NCBI GenBank assembly: GCA_017473705.1
Contig: JAFUJQ010000051.1
Coordinates: 29,351-93,350, forward strand
Direction of reading: 5' to 3'
Length of the DNA stretch: 64,000 nucleotides
From: Bacteroidales bacterium
Lineage (GTDB): Bacteria > Bacteroidota > Bacteroidia > Bacteroidales > UBA932
Shown: positions 48,512 to 57,732 of the stretch, in pieces
How the letters are laid out: each line of letters starts with the position of its first letter
Position numbering within the stretch: the stretch's first letter is position 1
The notes under the pieces: model-generated
Told to the model about the DNA's origin: nothing
Database searches by the model: none
The model's input: the letters and a program-made list of their open reading frames with translations, nothing else
Made by a program: the position numbers and the translations under genes

Positions 48512-49948
48512 TTAAATTACACCGGAACCGAGCATTTCTACAGATGTGTCCTTTGCCCTTGTCGACAACGCGTCTTCTACAGGGGCATACCAGACTGCGA
48601 ACTGTCCCGGTGTGATTCCACGCTGCGGTGTATCGAATAATATATATAGTCCGTTCTCTCGCATTATCAATGTCGCATCCTGGAGCGGCTGGCGATAGCG
48701 GATGCGGACGCGGTAGCGTCTCATCTCGCCGGGAGCCATACGGAGGTCCGGGCGGATCCAGTGGATCTCTTCAGGAGCTACGCGCAGGCAGCTTCGCGAA
48801 AGTCCCTTATGGGTATGTCCCTCGCCGACGTATATGATATTGTTCGGAATATCCGTCTCTATGACAAAGATCGAGTCCTTGTGACCGCCGATGTTCAGGC
48901 CCTTTCGCTGTCCTATCGTATAGAACTGGGCTCCGTCGTGCTTTCCGACAATCTTTCCATATGGATTGTCCTTGTACCTGGTTTTCTTGATGTGCTTCCT
49001 GCCACTTCTGTATGTCTCGGTCTCGAACTTTATGTCATATTTCACAGGCTGTGACAGCGTCAGAAACTCTTCGTCTGACAATGCGGCGATCTTCTCCGGA
49101 GCGAACGGGCATCCGGCAGATGCTGCCGGAACGGCCTTGTCCTCCGATACATAGTCGGTAATCATCTTCAGAGAATCTTCTTCATCGAGGAGTATGGACT
49201 GAAGAATCCTTCTGATGTCCGCATAATGCCCGTCATTCTCATAATATGCGTCAAATACCTCGACCACATCTCCCTCGCATGGCTTGAGCTTCTGCTGCAG
49301 GAATGTCGGAAGGTCTACCTTTCCGACAAAGCATATTCCCTGAGAGTCCTTCTTGTCCGCTGAAGGCAGGTCAGCCTCATGGGCTATCCTGCGCACCTCC
49401 GGCTTTTCAATGTCGCCGATAGGGAAGAGTGCCTGCGAAAGCTGCTCCTGAGTGAGCTGGCAGAGGAAGTAGCTCTGGTCCTTGTTCGGGTCCGCGCCTG
49501 CAAGAATCCTGTGAACTTTCTGACCATCAGGTCCTTCTATCGTTTCCTTTCTGCAATAATGTCCGGTTGCGACATATTCTGCTCCAAGCTTCTTGGCACA
49601 TTTCAGGAATGCGTCGAACTTGATTTCCCTGTTGCAGAGGACGTCAGGATTAGGCGTGCGTCCTTTCTCATATTCGTCGAACATGTAGTCCACAACCCTC
49701 TGTCTGTATTCCTTGCTGAGGTCCACGAAATAGAACGGGATGCCCACCTTTCTGGCAACCAGCTCGGCAACAAAACGGTCCTCCTCCCACTCGCAGTCTC
49801 CGTGAAGAGTTGTTGACGCATCGTGCCAGTTCTGCATGAAGAGAGCGAAGACATCATATCCCTGCTGCTTGAGGATCCAGGCCGCAACGCTGGAATCTAC
49901 GCCGCCGGAAAGTCCGATACATACCTTTATATTGCCGTTATCTGCCAT
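48512..49948 (-). CDS. mnmA: tRNA-specific 2-thiouridylase
   Basis: SGGVDSS, TPNPDVLCN, ATGHY, KDQSYFL, DSQGICF, TIGQRKGL, PGQ. Confidence 0.95.
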   Translation of the reverse strand: MADNGNIKVCIGLSGGVDSSVAAWILKQQGYDVFALFMQNWHDASTTLHGDCEWEEDRFVAELVARKVGIPFYFVDLSKEYRQRVVDYMFDEYEKGRTPNPDVLCNREIKFDAFLKCAKKLGAEYVATGHYCRKETIEGPDGQKVHRILAGADPNKDQSYFLCQLTQEQLSQALFPIGDIEKPEVRRIAHEADLPSADKKDSQGICFVGKVDLPTFLQQKLKPCEGDVVEVFDAYYENDGHYADIRRILQSILLDEEDSLKMITDYVSEDKAVPAASAGCPFAPEKIAALSDEEFLTLSQPVKYDIKFETETYRSGRKHIKKTRYKDNPYGKIVGKHDGAQFYTIGQRKGLNIGGHKDSIFVIETDIPNNIIYVGEGHTHKGLSRSCLRVAPEEIHWIRPDLRMAPGEMRRYRVRIRYRQPLQDATLIMRENGLYILFDTPQRGITPGQFAVWYAPVEDALSTRAKDTSVEMLGSGVI

Positions 49949-50017
49949 AAAATGAGACTTTTTTAATAAAAAGCATTATATTTGTGGATGTTGCAAAGAT
50001 AACTCAATTCATCAGTT

Positions 50018-50491
50018 ATGACAAGCAAAGAGATAAAAATCGCCTATCAGGAGTTTGACTCCATAGTCGAGCTTGAAGCAAAGGACAGAGAACTTGCGCA
50101 GGCCGCAGTAGAGGCAACGGCCCAGTCATACGCACCATATTCGAAATTCAATGTTGGAGCAGCAGTGCTCTTCGAAGACGGCGTCATAGTAAAAGGCGCC
50201 AACCAGGAGAATGCAGCCTACCCGTCCGGACTATGTGCAGAAAGGACAGCCTTGTTCTATGCAAGCGCCAGCAGGCCAGACAAGGCGATGGTGGCAATCG
50301 CCATCGCAGCGGGCCAGAACGGCCAGCTCTGTGAGACTCCTGCGACTCCTTGCGGAGCCTGCCGCCAGGTAATGGCCCAGTACCAGCTCAAGAGCGGCCA
50401 CCCGATGCGTGTTCTGCTCATAGGTGCCCATAAGATCTGGTGCTTCGAGAAGGTCGACGACCTCCTCCCGCTGATTTTCGACAGCATCTAG
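50018..50491 (+). CDS. cdd: Cytidine deaminase
   Basis: YAPYS.F.VGAA, N.ENA.YP, CAER, PCGACRQ. Confidence 0.95.
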   Translation: MTSKEIKIAYQEFDSIVELEAKDRELAQAAVEATAQSYAPYSKFNVGAAVLFEDGVIVKGANQENAAYPSGLCAERTALFYASASRPDKAMVAIAIAAGQNGQLCETPATPCGACRQVMAQYQLKSGHPMRVLLIGAHKIWCFEKVDDLLPLIFDSI

Positions 50492-50497
50492 ATCCAC

Positions 50498-50540
50498 CAT
50501 TCCCGACCCGCTCCGTCATTCCTGACCTGATCGGGGATTC
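50498..50540 (+). repeat. CGTCATTCC-type REP-like element with partial head duplicate
   Basis: cgtcattcctgacctgatcggggattc at 50514, preceded by cattcccgacc at 50498. Confidence 0.65.
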
Positions 50541-50548
50541 TTGTCTAC

Positions 50549-50995
50549 TCAGACAATCTTCGCAATTTGGTCTTGATATTTCTGCGAGATCGGTATGCTT
50601 TCGTACCCTTCCTGATTTAACTCCGCGACTATCTGACCGGCATCGTTCCTGTGGACTATCTCTATGAATGATGGATTGACGCAATATGCCCTGTGGCATC
50701 TTATGAGCCAGTGCTGCTTCAAATTCTCCTCTCAAGCTTTCATCGATGACCTGAGGATGAACTTCTGCGGCTTGCCTTTGTCCATATAATGTATCTGCGC
50801 ATGATTATCCTTAGACTTTATATTCAGCACGGCTTCCGGTGCTATGATGAAGCGTAGTTTCCTGTATTAGTCATAGAACCTTATCAAAGAACTGCCGTCG
50901 GTTTTCTGAGACAATGAATCGATCCTTGACTTGGCCTCCAGTCCTGTCCAGATGAACAGATATGGATAGATGCATATTGCATAAGAAAGGTCAGG
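50549..50995 (-). pseudogene. LytTR-family regulator remnant, 5'-truncated with two in-frame stops
   Basis: LIRFYD*YRKLRF..IKS.DN..ILRSSMKA*EE..IRCHRAY.VN..IPISQKY; stops at 50867 and 50732. Confidence 0.8.
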
Positions 50996-50997
50996 AA

Positions 50998-51222
50998 CGA
51001 TTCCAAGATTGGGATAAGGAAAGCGAGGACAGGTTCTATGAGAGACTTGATGCATGGAAGGTCAGGATTCTCAACATCACTAACAGGAGCGTGAACAAAT
51101 CCTCACAGGTGAGTTCTGTTGAAGTGATGAAGGAACCGTTCGAGAAGACGGCAACCCAGAAGATCCGCCGCTTCAGATATAAGGACTCAGCTCCAACGAT
51201 CGAAGAAGAGAAGAAGCAGTAA
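50998..51222 (+). pseudogene. Long-chain acyl-CoA synthetase C-terminal remnant
   Basis: VNKSSQV..V..EPFEKTATQKIRRF.Y; the rest of the AMP-binding enzyme is absent. Confidence 0.7.
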
Positions 51223-51226
51223 AATA

Positions 51227-51337
51227 ACCGGTGTGACATGAAGTGACTCATTTATGCCACACCGGTCTGCTATTTGGGCGTACTGGACCAGTTTTAGCCA
51301 CCAACGTGACACAAAAGTGGCGTTCCATGCCACACCA
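51227..51337. repeat. Hairpin doublet (REPIN-like)
   Basis: accggtgtgacat..atgccacaccggt, about 40-nt spacer, then a degenerate second unit gtgacac..atgccacacc. Confidence 0.6.
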
Positions 51338-51397
51338 GCCTGTTGATTTGGAATATATTTATACTATTGCTAAATACTGATGTGAGGTGAAAGGAAT

Positions 51398-52705
51398 TTA
51401 AGGCTCCATGACCACACCTTCGAAAAGAATTGTTCCGGAGGTTTCTTCGCCTATGATGAATGCAAATGGGTGGTCAGCATGGAAAAAAATCTCTTTTGGC
51501 TCCGGTCCGGGTCCTGTGTCAGTGGCTCCAGCCATTTCGACGATTGTTACAGAGCCAGCTTCTGTACCCCATTCTGATACGGAAATGCGAGACTTCTGTA
51601 TGACATTGCTTATCCAATAGTGGTACCCAGGGCCATCCTTGGGTATAAACATTCTGTCAAATTCGGCCGAAGAAGGTTCAAATGCCTTTATGACCCCAAG
51701 TCCATTGAGAGCATCATTCAGAAAGTATTTGTTCTCTATATTGAACTTTGGGAGTTTGACATGCACTTCTGCATCCTTTTTCAAGTTTGCGAGAATATCG
51801 CTCCATGATGTGGTCTGCAGCTTATCAATGAGTCCGTCTATATCGTTTTCATCAGGAAGAAGAATGTACATGTTGAATTTCCCTTTTGCATATGGCAATA
51901 CCAGGACTTTGTAACCATCCATTTCAGCATATTCATGATATCTGGTATTTCGCATCATGTCAGTCTTTACGGTCCTGCCATCATTTAAAGTAAAATACTC
52001 AGACTCTGTGTTTTCTTCCAGAAACATCGGATTATACTCGCTTCCGGCCCATTTCGCTTTGAAATAGAGAGCATTCATGAGATATGCCACTGCATCTTTT
52101 GATATCTCGGACGGCTCCAGTACCTTGTCAATAAAACCATTGGTGTTTCTTCTTGCCCATTCGTTGATTCGTTCGGCAATCTGCTGAGGGGCAGAGAAAT
52201 CCAGATTCTCAACAGCAGCGTAGTAATTGTTTTCTACAGTTTTCTTGAAAGATGGCAGAAGAGGGAATTCCTCATTGACTAAAAGCGCATCCGTCACCTT
52301 CAATGTCACGTCGAGGTCAACGGCAGGCAACTGTTCCAACAGAGTCTTGGCATATTCATTCAAGGCATCGATGCCTTCTTCTCCATATCCCAGAAAATCA
52401 ATGATTTCCTGAAGAGTTTCACCGCTTGCTCCATTGGCCGTCATTGCAATGGCATACTGAAGACTCAAAGGGGAGCAGATCAGATTATCTCCGGAAAACA
52501 TCTCTTTGAGGAATCGAAAGGACATGTTGTTTCCGGCTTCGACATAGCCTGATTGCATCTCGCTCAATGTGACTTTTGTAATTTGTTCTGTAGGAGACGG
52601 AGATGAAATGGTGATGGGATCTTTCACCTTGACAGAATCTATATGTGAGCAGGAAATCATACATATGAATCCGGCAGCGATACTGAGAATGTGTATTGTT
52701 TTCAT
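51398..52705 (-). CDS. Serpin family lipoprotein
   Basis: ISC lipobox, SPLS, NALYFKAKW, LPKF, E.GTEA hinge, F.ADHPF. Confidence 0.93.
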   Translation of the reverse strand: MKTIHILSIAAGFICMISCSHIDSVKVKDPITISSPSPTEQITKVTLSEMQSGYVEAGNNMSFRFLKEMFSGDNLICSPLSLQYAIAMTANGASGETLQEIIDFLGYGEEGIDALNEYAKTLLEQLPAVDLDVTLKVTDALLVNEEFPLLPSFKKTVENNYYAAVENLDFSAPQQIAERINEWARRNTNGFIDKVLEPSEISKDAVAYLMNALYFKAKWAGSEYNPMFLEENTESEYFTLNDGRTVKTDMMRNTRYHEYAEMDGYKVLVLPYAKGKFNMYILLPDENDIDGLIDKLQTTSWSDILANLKKDAEVHVKLPKFNIENKYFLNDALNGLGVIKAFEPSSAEFDRMFIPKDGPGYHYWISNVIQKSRISVSEWGTEAGSVTIVEMAGATDTGPGPEPKEIFFHADHPFAFIIGEETSGTILFEGVVMEP

Positions 52706-52970
52706 GATACTCTGTTTTTGTCCGTGTAAATTTAGTGTTTTTTTTTACATGTGCAAATAATGCTGACCGTCCTCTGACTGCAGCCTTGTCTCTCCTATTC
52801 GAAAAATTTCATAAATTTGTGAAATGAAGATAGCGTACATGATAAAATGCAGGTGTCTTCATGTACGCAGGGACGGTCAGCCTGTCACTTCAAAGCAGGT
52901 CTATGCTGTAGTGTGCCGCTATCATGATATGTTCGTAAAGGCCGAAGGCCGGATAATGTTGATGATTTAA

Positions 52971-53444
52971 ATGTCAAAAGATATGGATCAGCCAGTATTG
53001 AATGCACATAACAAGCAGGAGTTTGAGCCGGCTCATACTGCCGAGCATATCCTGAATGCCACGATGGTGAAGATGTTCGGATGCCCTCGTTCGAGGAATG
53101 CACATGTAGAGAAGAAGAAGTCCAAGTGTGACTATATTCTTGACGCGGAGCCGACTGAGGAGCAGGTTGCCGAAATAGAATCCAAGGTCAACGAAGTCAT
53201 CTTGCAGCATCTTGATGTCACCATAGAGTACATGCCTCGTGAAAAGGCGGCTGATATCGTTGACCTTAGCAAACTGCCGGAAGATGCCTCGGAGACCCTT
53301 CGCATAGTCAGAATCGGTGATTATGATGCATGTGCTTGCATCGGTGCCCATGTGGACAATACCTCTGAGGTCGGCACATTCAAGATCATAAGTCATTCGT
53401 ATGACAACGGCGTATGGCGCCTCAGATGGAAGGTGCAGTCATAG
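52971..53444 (+). CDS. Stand-alone AlaX-like tRNA editing (tRNA_SAD) protein
   Basis: HTAEH and CIGAH Zn-binding motifs. Confidence 0.8.
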   Translation: MSKDMDQPVLNAHNKQEFEPAHTAEHILNATMVKMFGCPRSRNAHVEKKKSKCDYILDAEPTEEQVAEIESKVNEVILQHLDVTIEYMPREKAADIVDLSKLPEDASETLRIVRIGDYDACACIGAHVDNTSEVGTFKIISHSYDNGVWRLRWKVQS

Positions 53445-53910
53445 AAACCAGCAGGATTTTCTGGATTTCGTCCTGGAATTTGGCCTTGTTCCTTGCTCCT
53501 ATCGTCATTGAAGGCTCGCCTTCAAGCGGGATGTATAGGATTGCAGGGATCGATGTTATGCCGAATGCCTGTGCAATTTCTCTTGCCTTGTCCACATCGA
53601 CTTTATATATGACGATCTGGTCCTGATACTCTTTGGCCAGTTCTTCGAGTATCGGTGCGATGCTTCTGCATGGTCCGCACCACGATGCTGTGAAATCAAC
53701 GATCGCCGGTTTAGTGCCGAGATATTTCATCTCTCCGGAACTAAGGTCGTATACCCTTTGGTTGAAAGTGTCTGCTGTCAGTTCCTGGACATGCTTTGCA
53801 GCGGTTGTCTGCTTCTTGTCATTACGGGCACCGGCATTGCTGCATGAAATGAGGGTGGCGAGCGCCATTGCGGCAACTGCTGCCATTCTGTAGATTTTCT
53901 TCATATTCAT
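53422..53910 (-). CDS. Exported thioredoxin
   Basis: WCGPC, ISC lipobox, SIP. Confidence 0.88.
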   Translation of the reverse strand: MNMKKIYRMAAVAAMALATLISCSNAGARNDKKQTTAAKHVQELTADTFNQRVYDLSSGEMKYLGTKPAIVDFTASWCGPCRSIAPILEELAKEYQDQIVIYKVDVDKAREIAQAFGITSIPAILYIPLEGEPSMTIGARNKAKFQDEIQKILLVSMTAPSI

Positions 53911-53969
53911 CTTGTTTCTTTGTCCGGGCATCAAATCAAGTGCCAATATTTCTTATCTTTGCCATCGCA

Positions 53970-55001
53970 ATGAGATGGATTCTGATAATATCAGTTATGT
54001 TCTTTCTTACGGGTTGTCATCCTGCCCGTAATGCATCGTCTGTTTCGACTTCAGCATATGCGTCTTACTTTGAGATTCAAGACTCTGTCATCAAGGTCAT
54101 CTCCCCATACGACGCAAGCGTCGATATTCTTAGTGTTTCAGAACCGATGGACCGGATCATCTGCATGTCCTCTTCAAACGTGGCGGCCTTGTCCCTTATC
54201 GGATCCGCTGATGCCATATCTGCCGTTTCCGGCCTACGTTATATATCAGACAAGGCTCTTCATGACAGGGCAGTGCCGGATATCGGTTACGAGAACTCCA
54301 TGGATTATGAGACTGTCTTGAGTCTCGACCCTGATATCCTCGTGGCTTACACGGTGTCCGGAACTGAACCACAGTATCTGTCCAAGCTCCGTTCGCTAGG
54401 AATCCGTGTTCTCGTCATCCATGACCACCTCGAGCAGCATCCGCTCGCCCGAGCGGAATACGTCCGTCTCTTCGGCGTCCTTACCGGCCGCCTTGCAGCC
54501 GCCGATTCCGTTTTCAACGCTGTCTGCAATCGCTATGAACAATTAGCGGCTTCCGTCAATGTCAAAGAACCTGTCAAGGTTCTTATGAACATCCCTTACG
54601 GCGATGCATGGTATATACCAGGTGCCGACAGTTATATGTCACATATAATACGTGATGCAGGCGGAGAAGTGCTCGGTTCCGAACCTGGAACATCTCGTTC
54701 GAAAGTAATATCGATGGAGCGGGCATATGCATTGTCGCTTGATGCGGACATGTGGTTGAATCCAGGCCATTGCCGCTCGATCGGCGATCTCACCTCGTTC
54801 CATCACTTTTTTGACCGCTTCGGCCCTGTAGCAAAAGGACTTCCGGTATATAACAACACTTTAAGGACCACTGAATCCGGAGGAAATGACTTCTGGGAGA
54901 CAGGAGCTGTCCGTCCAGACCTTATCCTTGAAGACCTTGTGTCGATATTTTCTGAGTCTCCCTCCGACAGCCTCAATTACTTCTTCCGTCTGGATCAGTA
55001 G
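53970..55001 (+). CDS. ABC transporter substrate-binding lipoprotein, iron/cobalamin class
   Basis: LTGC lipobox, RIIC.SS, E.VL.L.PD, E.HPL.RAE, GNDFWE.G..RPD. Confidence 0.82.
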   Translation: MRWILIISVMFFLTGCHPARNASSVSTSAYASYFEIQDSVIKVISPYDASVDILSVSEPMDRIICMSSSNVAALSLIGSADAISAVSGLRYISDKALHDRAVPDIGYENSMDYETVLSLDPDILVAYTVSGTEPQYLSKLRSLGIRVLVIHDHLEQHPLARAEYVRLFGVLTGRLAAADSVFNAVCNRYEQLAASVNVKEPVKVLMNIPYGDAWYIPGADSYMSHIIRDAGGEVLGSEPGTSRSKVISMERAYALSLDADMWLNPGHCRSIGDLTSFHHFFDRFGPVAKGLPVYNNTLRTTESGGNDFWETGAVRPDLILEDLVSIFSESPSDSLNYFFRLDQ

Positions 55002-55549
55002 ATGATCTTGAAATCGAAGATGCTGTTTTCGCAGAATGTAGCCTTGAATGATGTCTCAGACTCGCTTCTTTCGCTCAGACGGCTTAATGGTGCCAGCTCT
55101 ACCGCAACAAAATCTCCTATGCGGAGCGAAGTCAGCTGCGATGCCTTGCAGATGGTGTCCTCGACAAGAGTCCTGATGTCTGCACAGCCTCTATCGAATA
55201 TCGCTTCCTCTCCCTTGAATACCTTAAACATGTTTTCTGCATTATCCATCACTGCGGGGGTGTAGAGAGGGAAGGGCAGTATTGATGTGTGGTCGGCACA
55301 TGATGCGAACTGCACGTCTTCATTACATATATATAATAGTGCCCCGAAATTGAATCCATCGTAATATCTGGATGCAAACTTCGGGTTGACACATTTGCCC
55401 GCCTTGCTTATCCTGACAAATACTATGGGAGCCCAGTCCCATCCATTAACGCACTCGGGAGAGTAGAGGTCTTTGTTCTCTCTCTCCCAAGTCGTGTCAG
55501 GCCTGCAGTAACACATATCACTGCCGTATGGTCTTGCTGTTATGTTCAT
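54995..55549 (-). CDS. Divergent fumarylacetoacetate-hydrolase-family-like protein
   Basis: RPDT, RISKAGK.V..KFASRYYD, SL.IGD resemble Bacteroidetes FAH homologues. Confidence 0.6.
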   Translation of the reverse strand: MNITARPYGSDMCYCRPDTTWERENKDLYSPECVNGWDWAPIVFVRISKAGKCVNPKFASRYYDGFNFGALLYICNEDVQFASCADHTSILPFPLYTPAVMDNAENMFKVFKGEEAIFDRGCADIRTLVEDTICKASQLTSLRIGDFVAVELAPLSRLSERSESETSFKATFCENSIFDFKIIY

Positions 55550-55555
55550 GTTCTG

Positions 55556-56479
55556 TCAGTCTTCCTGCTGTGAGAACAGGTCGCCCAGACCCTCAAAAGG
55601 AGTGTACCCCTTTGTCCTCGGTGCGGAGGTCGGTCTTGGTCCTGCAGGTCTCGCAGCGTTCTTCTTCTCTTCTTCGAATTGTGCCTTCAGGCGTGCGAAC
55701 TGTCGCTTGGTGTCAAGAGTGAAGTCTCCGTTGTCGATCCACGCAAAGTATGACGGTTCCGAAAAGTAAACTTCCCTTGCAGTCTTTCCCTTATGCTTTC
55801 CGAAACTGATGACGGCCTCGTCCTTGTCGTTGAGGATTAGTCTTCCTGCGTAGTCTACCGTTCTCTGTTTTGTGGAGAATTTTGCAAGTTTGTCAATATT
55901 GTTCTCGATGCGTGAGTCGCCCTGATACCTGTCAAGCTGACCTTTGAGCACTTCGTATGTTGCAATAGTGTCTGCCTCGGCAGCATGAGCGTTCTCAAGG
56001 TCAAGTCCGCAATAGAACATATATGCGGCCTTGAGCGTGCGCGGCTCCATCATGTGGAAGATGTTCTGCACATCCACCATCTTCATCGAGTGAAGGTCTA
56101 TGGACGGCTGCTTGTCAGTGTATCTGCATACGCGCTCGATCTCTTCTGCCAGCATGGGAAGGTCGAATTTCGCTGAGTTGAATCCGGCAAGGTCCGCGCC
56201 TGTGAGCCACTCTACCACTTCATCAGCAATCTGATAGAAGGTAGGACAATCGGCGAGATCTTCGGCTGAGATGCCATGAACAGCCTGCGCTGACGGATTG
56301 ATCGCCCTCTGGCACTGGTTTTCATAGTCCCATGGCTTTACTCTCCAGGTCTTGACTCTTTCTTCTCCTCCTGGCATCACTTTGACAAAGCAGAGCTCAA
56401 TGATCGAGTCTGACGCGATATTGAGCCCCGTGCTTTCTATGTCGAAAAATACTAAAGGTCTTTCGAGATTCAGTTCCAT
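55556..56479 (-). CDS. DEDDh 3'-5' exonuclease (DNA Pol III epsilon-like)
   Basis: FDIESTG, VHGI, FN..FD, H.A.AD, FGKHKG; adjacent to dnaN. Confidence 0.9.
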   Translation of the reverse strand: MELNLERPLVFFDIESTGLNIASDSIIELCFVKVMPGGEERVKTWRVKPWDYENQCQRAINPSAQAVHGISAEDLADCPTFYQIADEVVEWLTGADLAGFNSAKFDLPMLAEEIERVCRYTDKQPSIDLHSMKMVDVQNIFHMMEPRTLKAAYMFYCGLDLENAHAAEADTIATYEVLKGQLDRYQGDSRIENNIDKLAKFSTKQRTVDYAGRLILNDKDEAVISFGKHKGKTAREVYFSEPSYFAWIDNGDFTLDTKRQFARLKAQFEEEKKNAARPAGPRPTSAPRTKGYTPFEGLGDLFSQQED

Positions 56480-56480
56480 A

Positions 56481-57602
56481 TTAAGAAATCATTATCGGCA
56501 TAAGGATTCCGCAGATCTTTTCACTCTCTTCCTCGTTTTCGCCAGGAAGGATGAGCGCAGCCCTCTTGCTGTCCAGGAACTTCATCACAAGTTCTCCGCA
56601 GCTCATGTTCGAGAGGATCTCGATGAGGTATGGAGACTTGAATCCTATGGACAGAGGTTCTCCGTCATACTGGCAAGGGAGGGTCTCATGTGCAGCGATA
56701 GAGAATCCGAGGTCCTGTGCCGATATGATGAGCCTGCAGCTCATGAGGTCGAGCTTGATGTGGTTGGATGCCTTGTTCGAGCATACAGACACGCGGCGTA
56801 CTGTGTTCAGCAGCTGGACGCGGTCGATGTGCAGCACGTTGGAGTTGTTCTGCGGGATGACGTCGCGATATTTAGGATATTTGCCTACCAGGAGGCGGCA
56901 TATGACGACTGTCTGACCGAATGAGAATACGGCATTCTTCGAGTCGAATGTTACGTCTACTGTCTCGATGTCCTTTCCGATGATGGCCTTGAGGATGGCT
57001 GCTGGCTTCTTGTGAAGGATGAACGATGCCTTCTCTGATGCATTTACATCTGCAGTTGTGTAGCATATGAGCTTGTGAGCATCAGATGCTACGAGTGTGG
57101 TAGAGTTTACGTCGATGTCGAAGAAGATACCGTTCATTGCAGGACGTATCTCGTCATCGGCTGTTGCGTAGATTGTACTTGCTATACCTTCTACGAGGCT
57201 CTGAGCCGGGAAGGTGAGTGTGGCTGCAGTCTCGTCTGTGCCGGTGATCTCAGGGTAGTCCTCTGCAGGGAAGTATGGGAGGGTCGACTCTCCGGAAGCC
57301 CAGCTGCATACGAATGCGCTGTCGCTTGTCGTGTTGATTGTCAGAGGCTGGTCAGGAAGCTCCTTGAGGAGGTCCATCATGTGCTTTGCAGGCACCGCGA
57401 TTTTCCCTTCCTCTGCTGTGCTTTCCACTTCGATCTTTGTTCTGAGGGTAAGCTCCGAGTCTGATGCTGTGATCGTAAGGACGTTGCCCTGGAGGTCAAA
57501 AAGGAAATTCTCCAGAATCTGGAGAGGTGACTTTGCCGGAATGGCCTTTGATACCGCCATTACGCCCTTGAGGAGCTCTGAACTTGAGATAATAAGCTTC
57601 AT
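56481..57602 (-). CDS. dnaN: DNA polymerase III beta sliding clamp
   Basis: RPAMNG, VASD.HKL, G.YP.Y..VIP, IGF, LMP. Confidence 0.95.
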   Translation of the reverse strand: MKLIISSSELLKGVMAVSKAIPAKSPLQILENFLFDLQGNVLTITASDSELTLRTKIEVESTAEEGKIAVPAKHMMDLLKELPDQPLTINTTSDSAFVCSWASGESTLPYFPAEDYPEITGTDETAATLTFPAQSLVEGIASTIYATADDEIRPAMNGIFFDIDVNSTTLVASDAHKLICYTTADVNASEKASFILHKKPAAILKAIIGKDIETVDVTFDSKNAVFSFGQTVVICRLLVGKYPKYRDVIPQNNSNVLHIDRVQLLNTVRRVSVCSNKASNHIKLDLMSCRLIISAQDLGFSIAAHETLPCQYDGEPLSIGFKSPYLIEILSNMSCGELVMKFLDSKRAALILPGENEEESEKICGILMPIMIS

Positions 57603-57732
57603 AATTTATAGTGTTTATTCATTTGCGCATTAACTCAACAAATATAGTGAAAAAATCGGACTGACTGGCATATTTTTTGATTTTTCTGCCGCGATGTCAT
57701 TAATTATCGATAAAATTACAAATATAAGATAT

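Noticed and set aside
50962-51222. Intact 86-aa gene
   Set aside because: Chimera of antisense LytTR sequence and an acyl-CoA ligase tail
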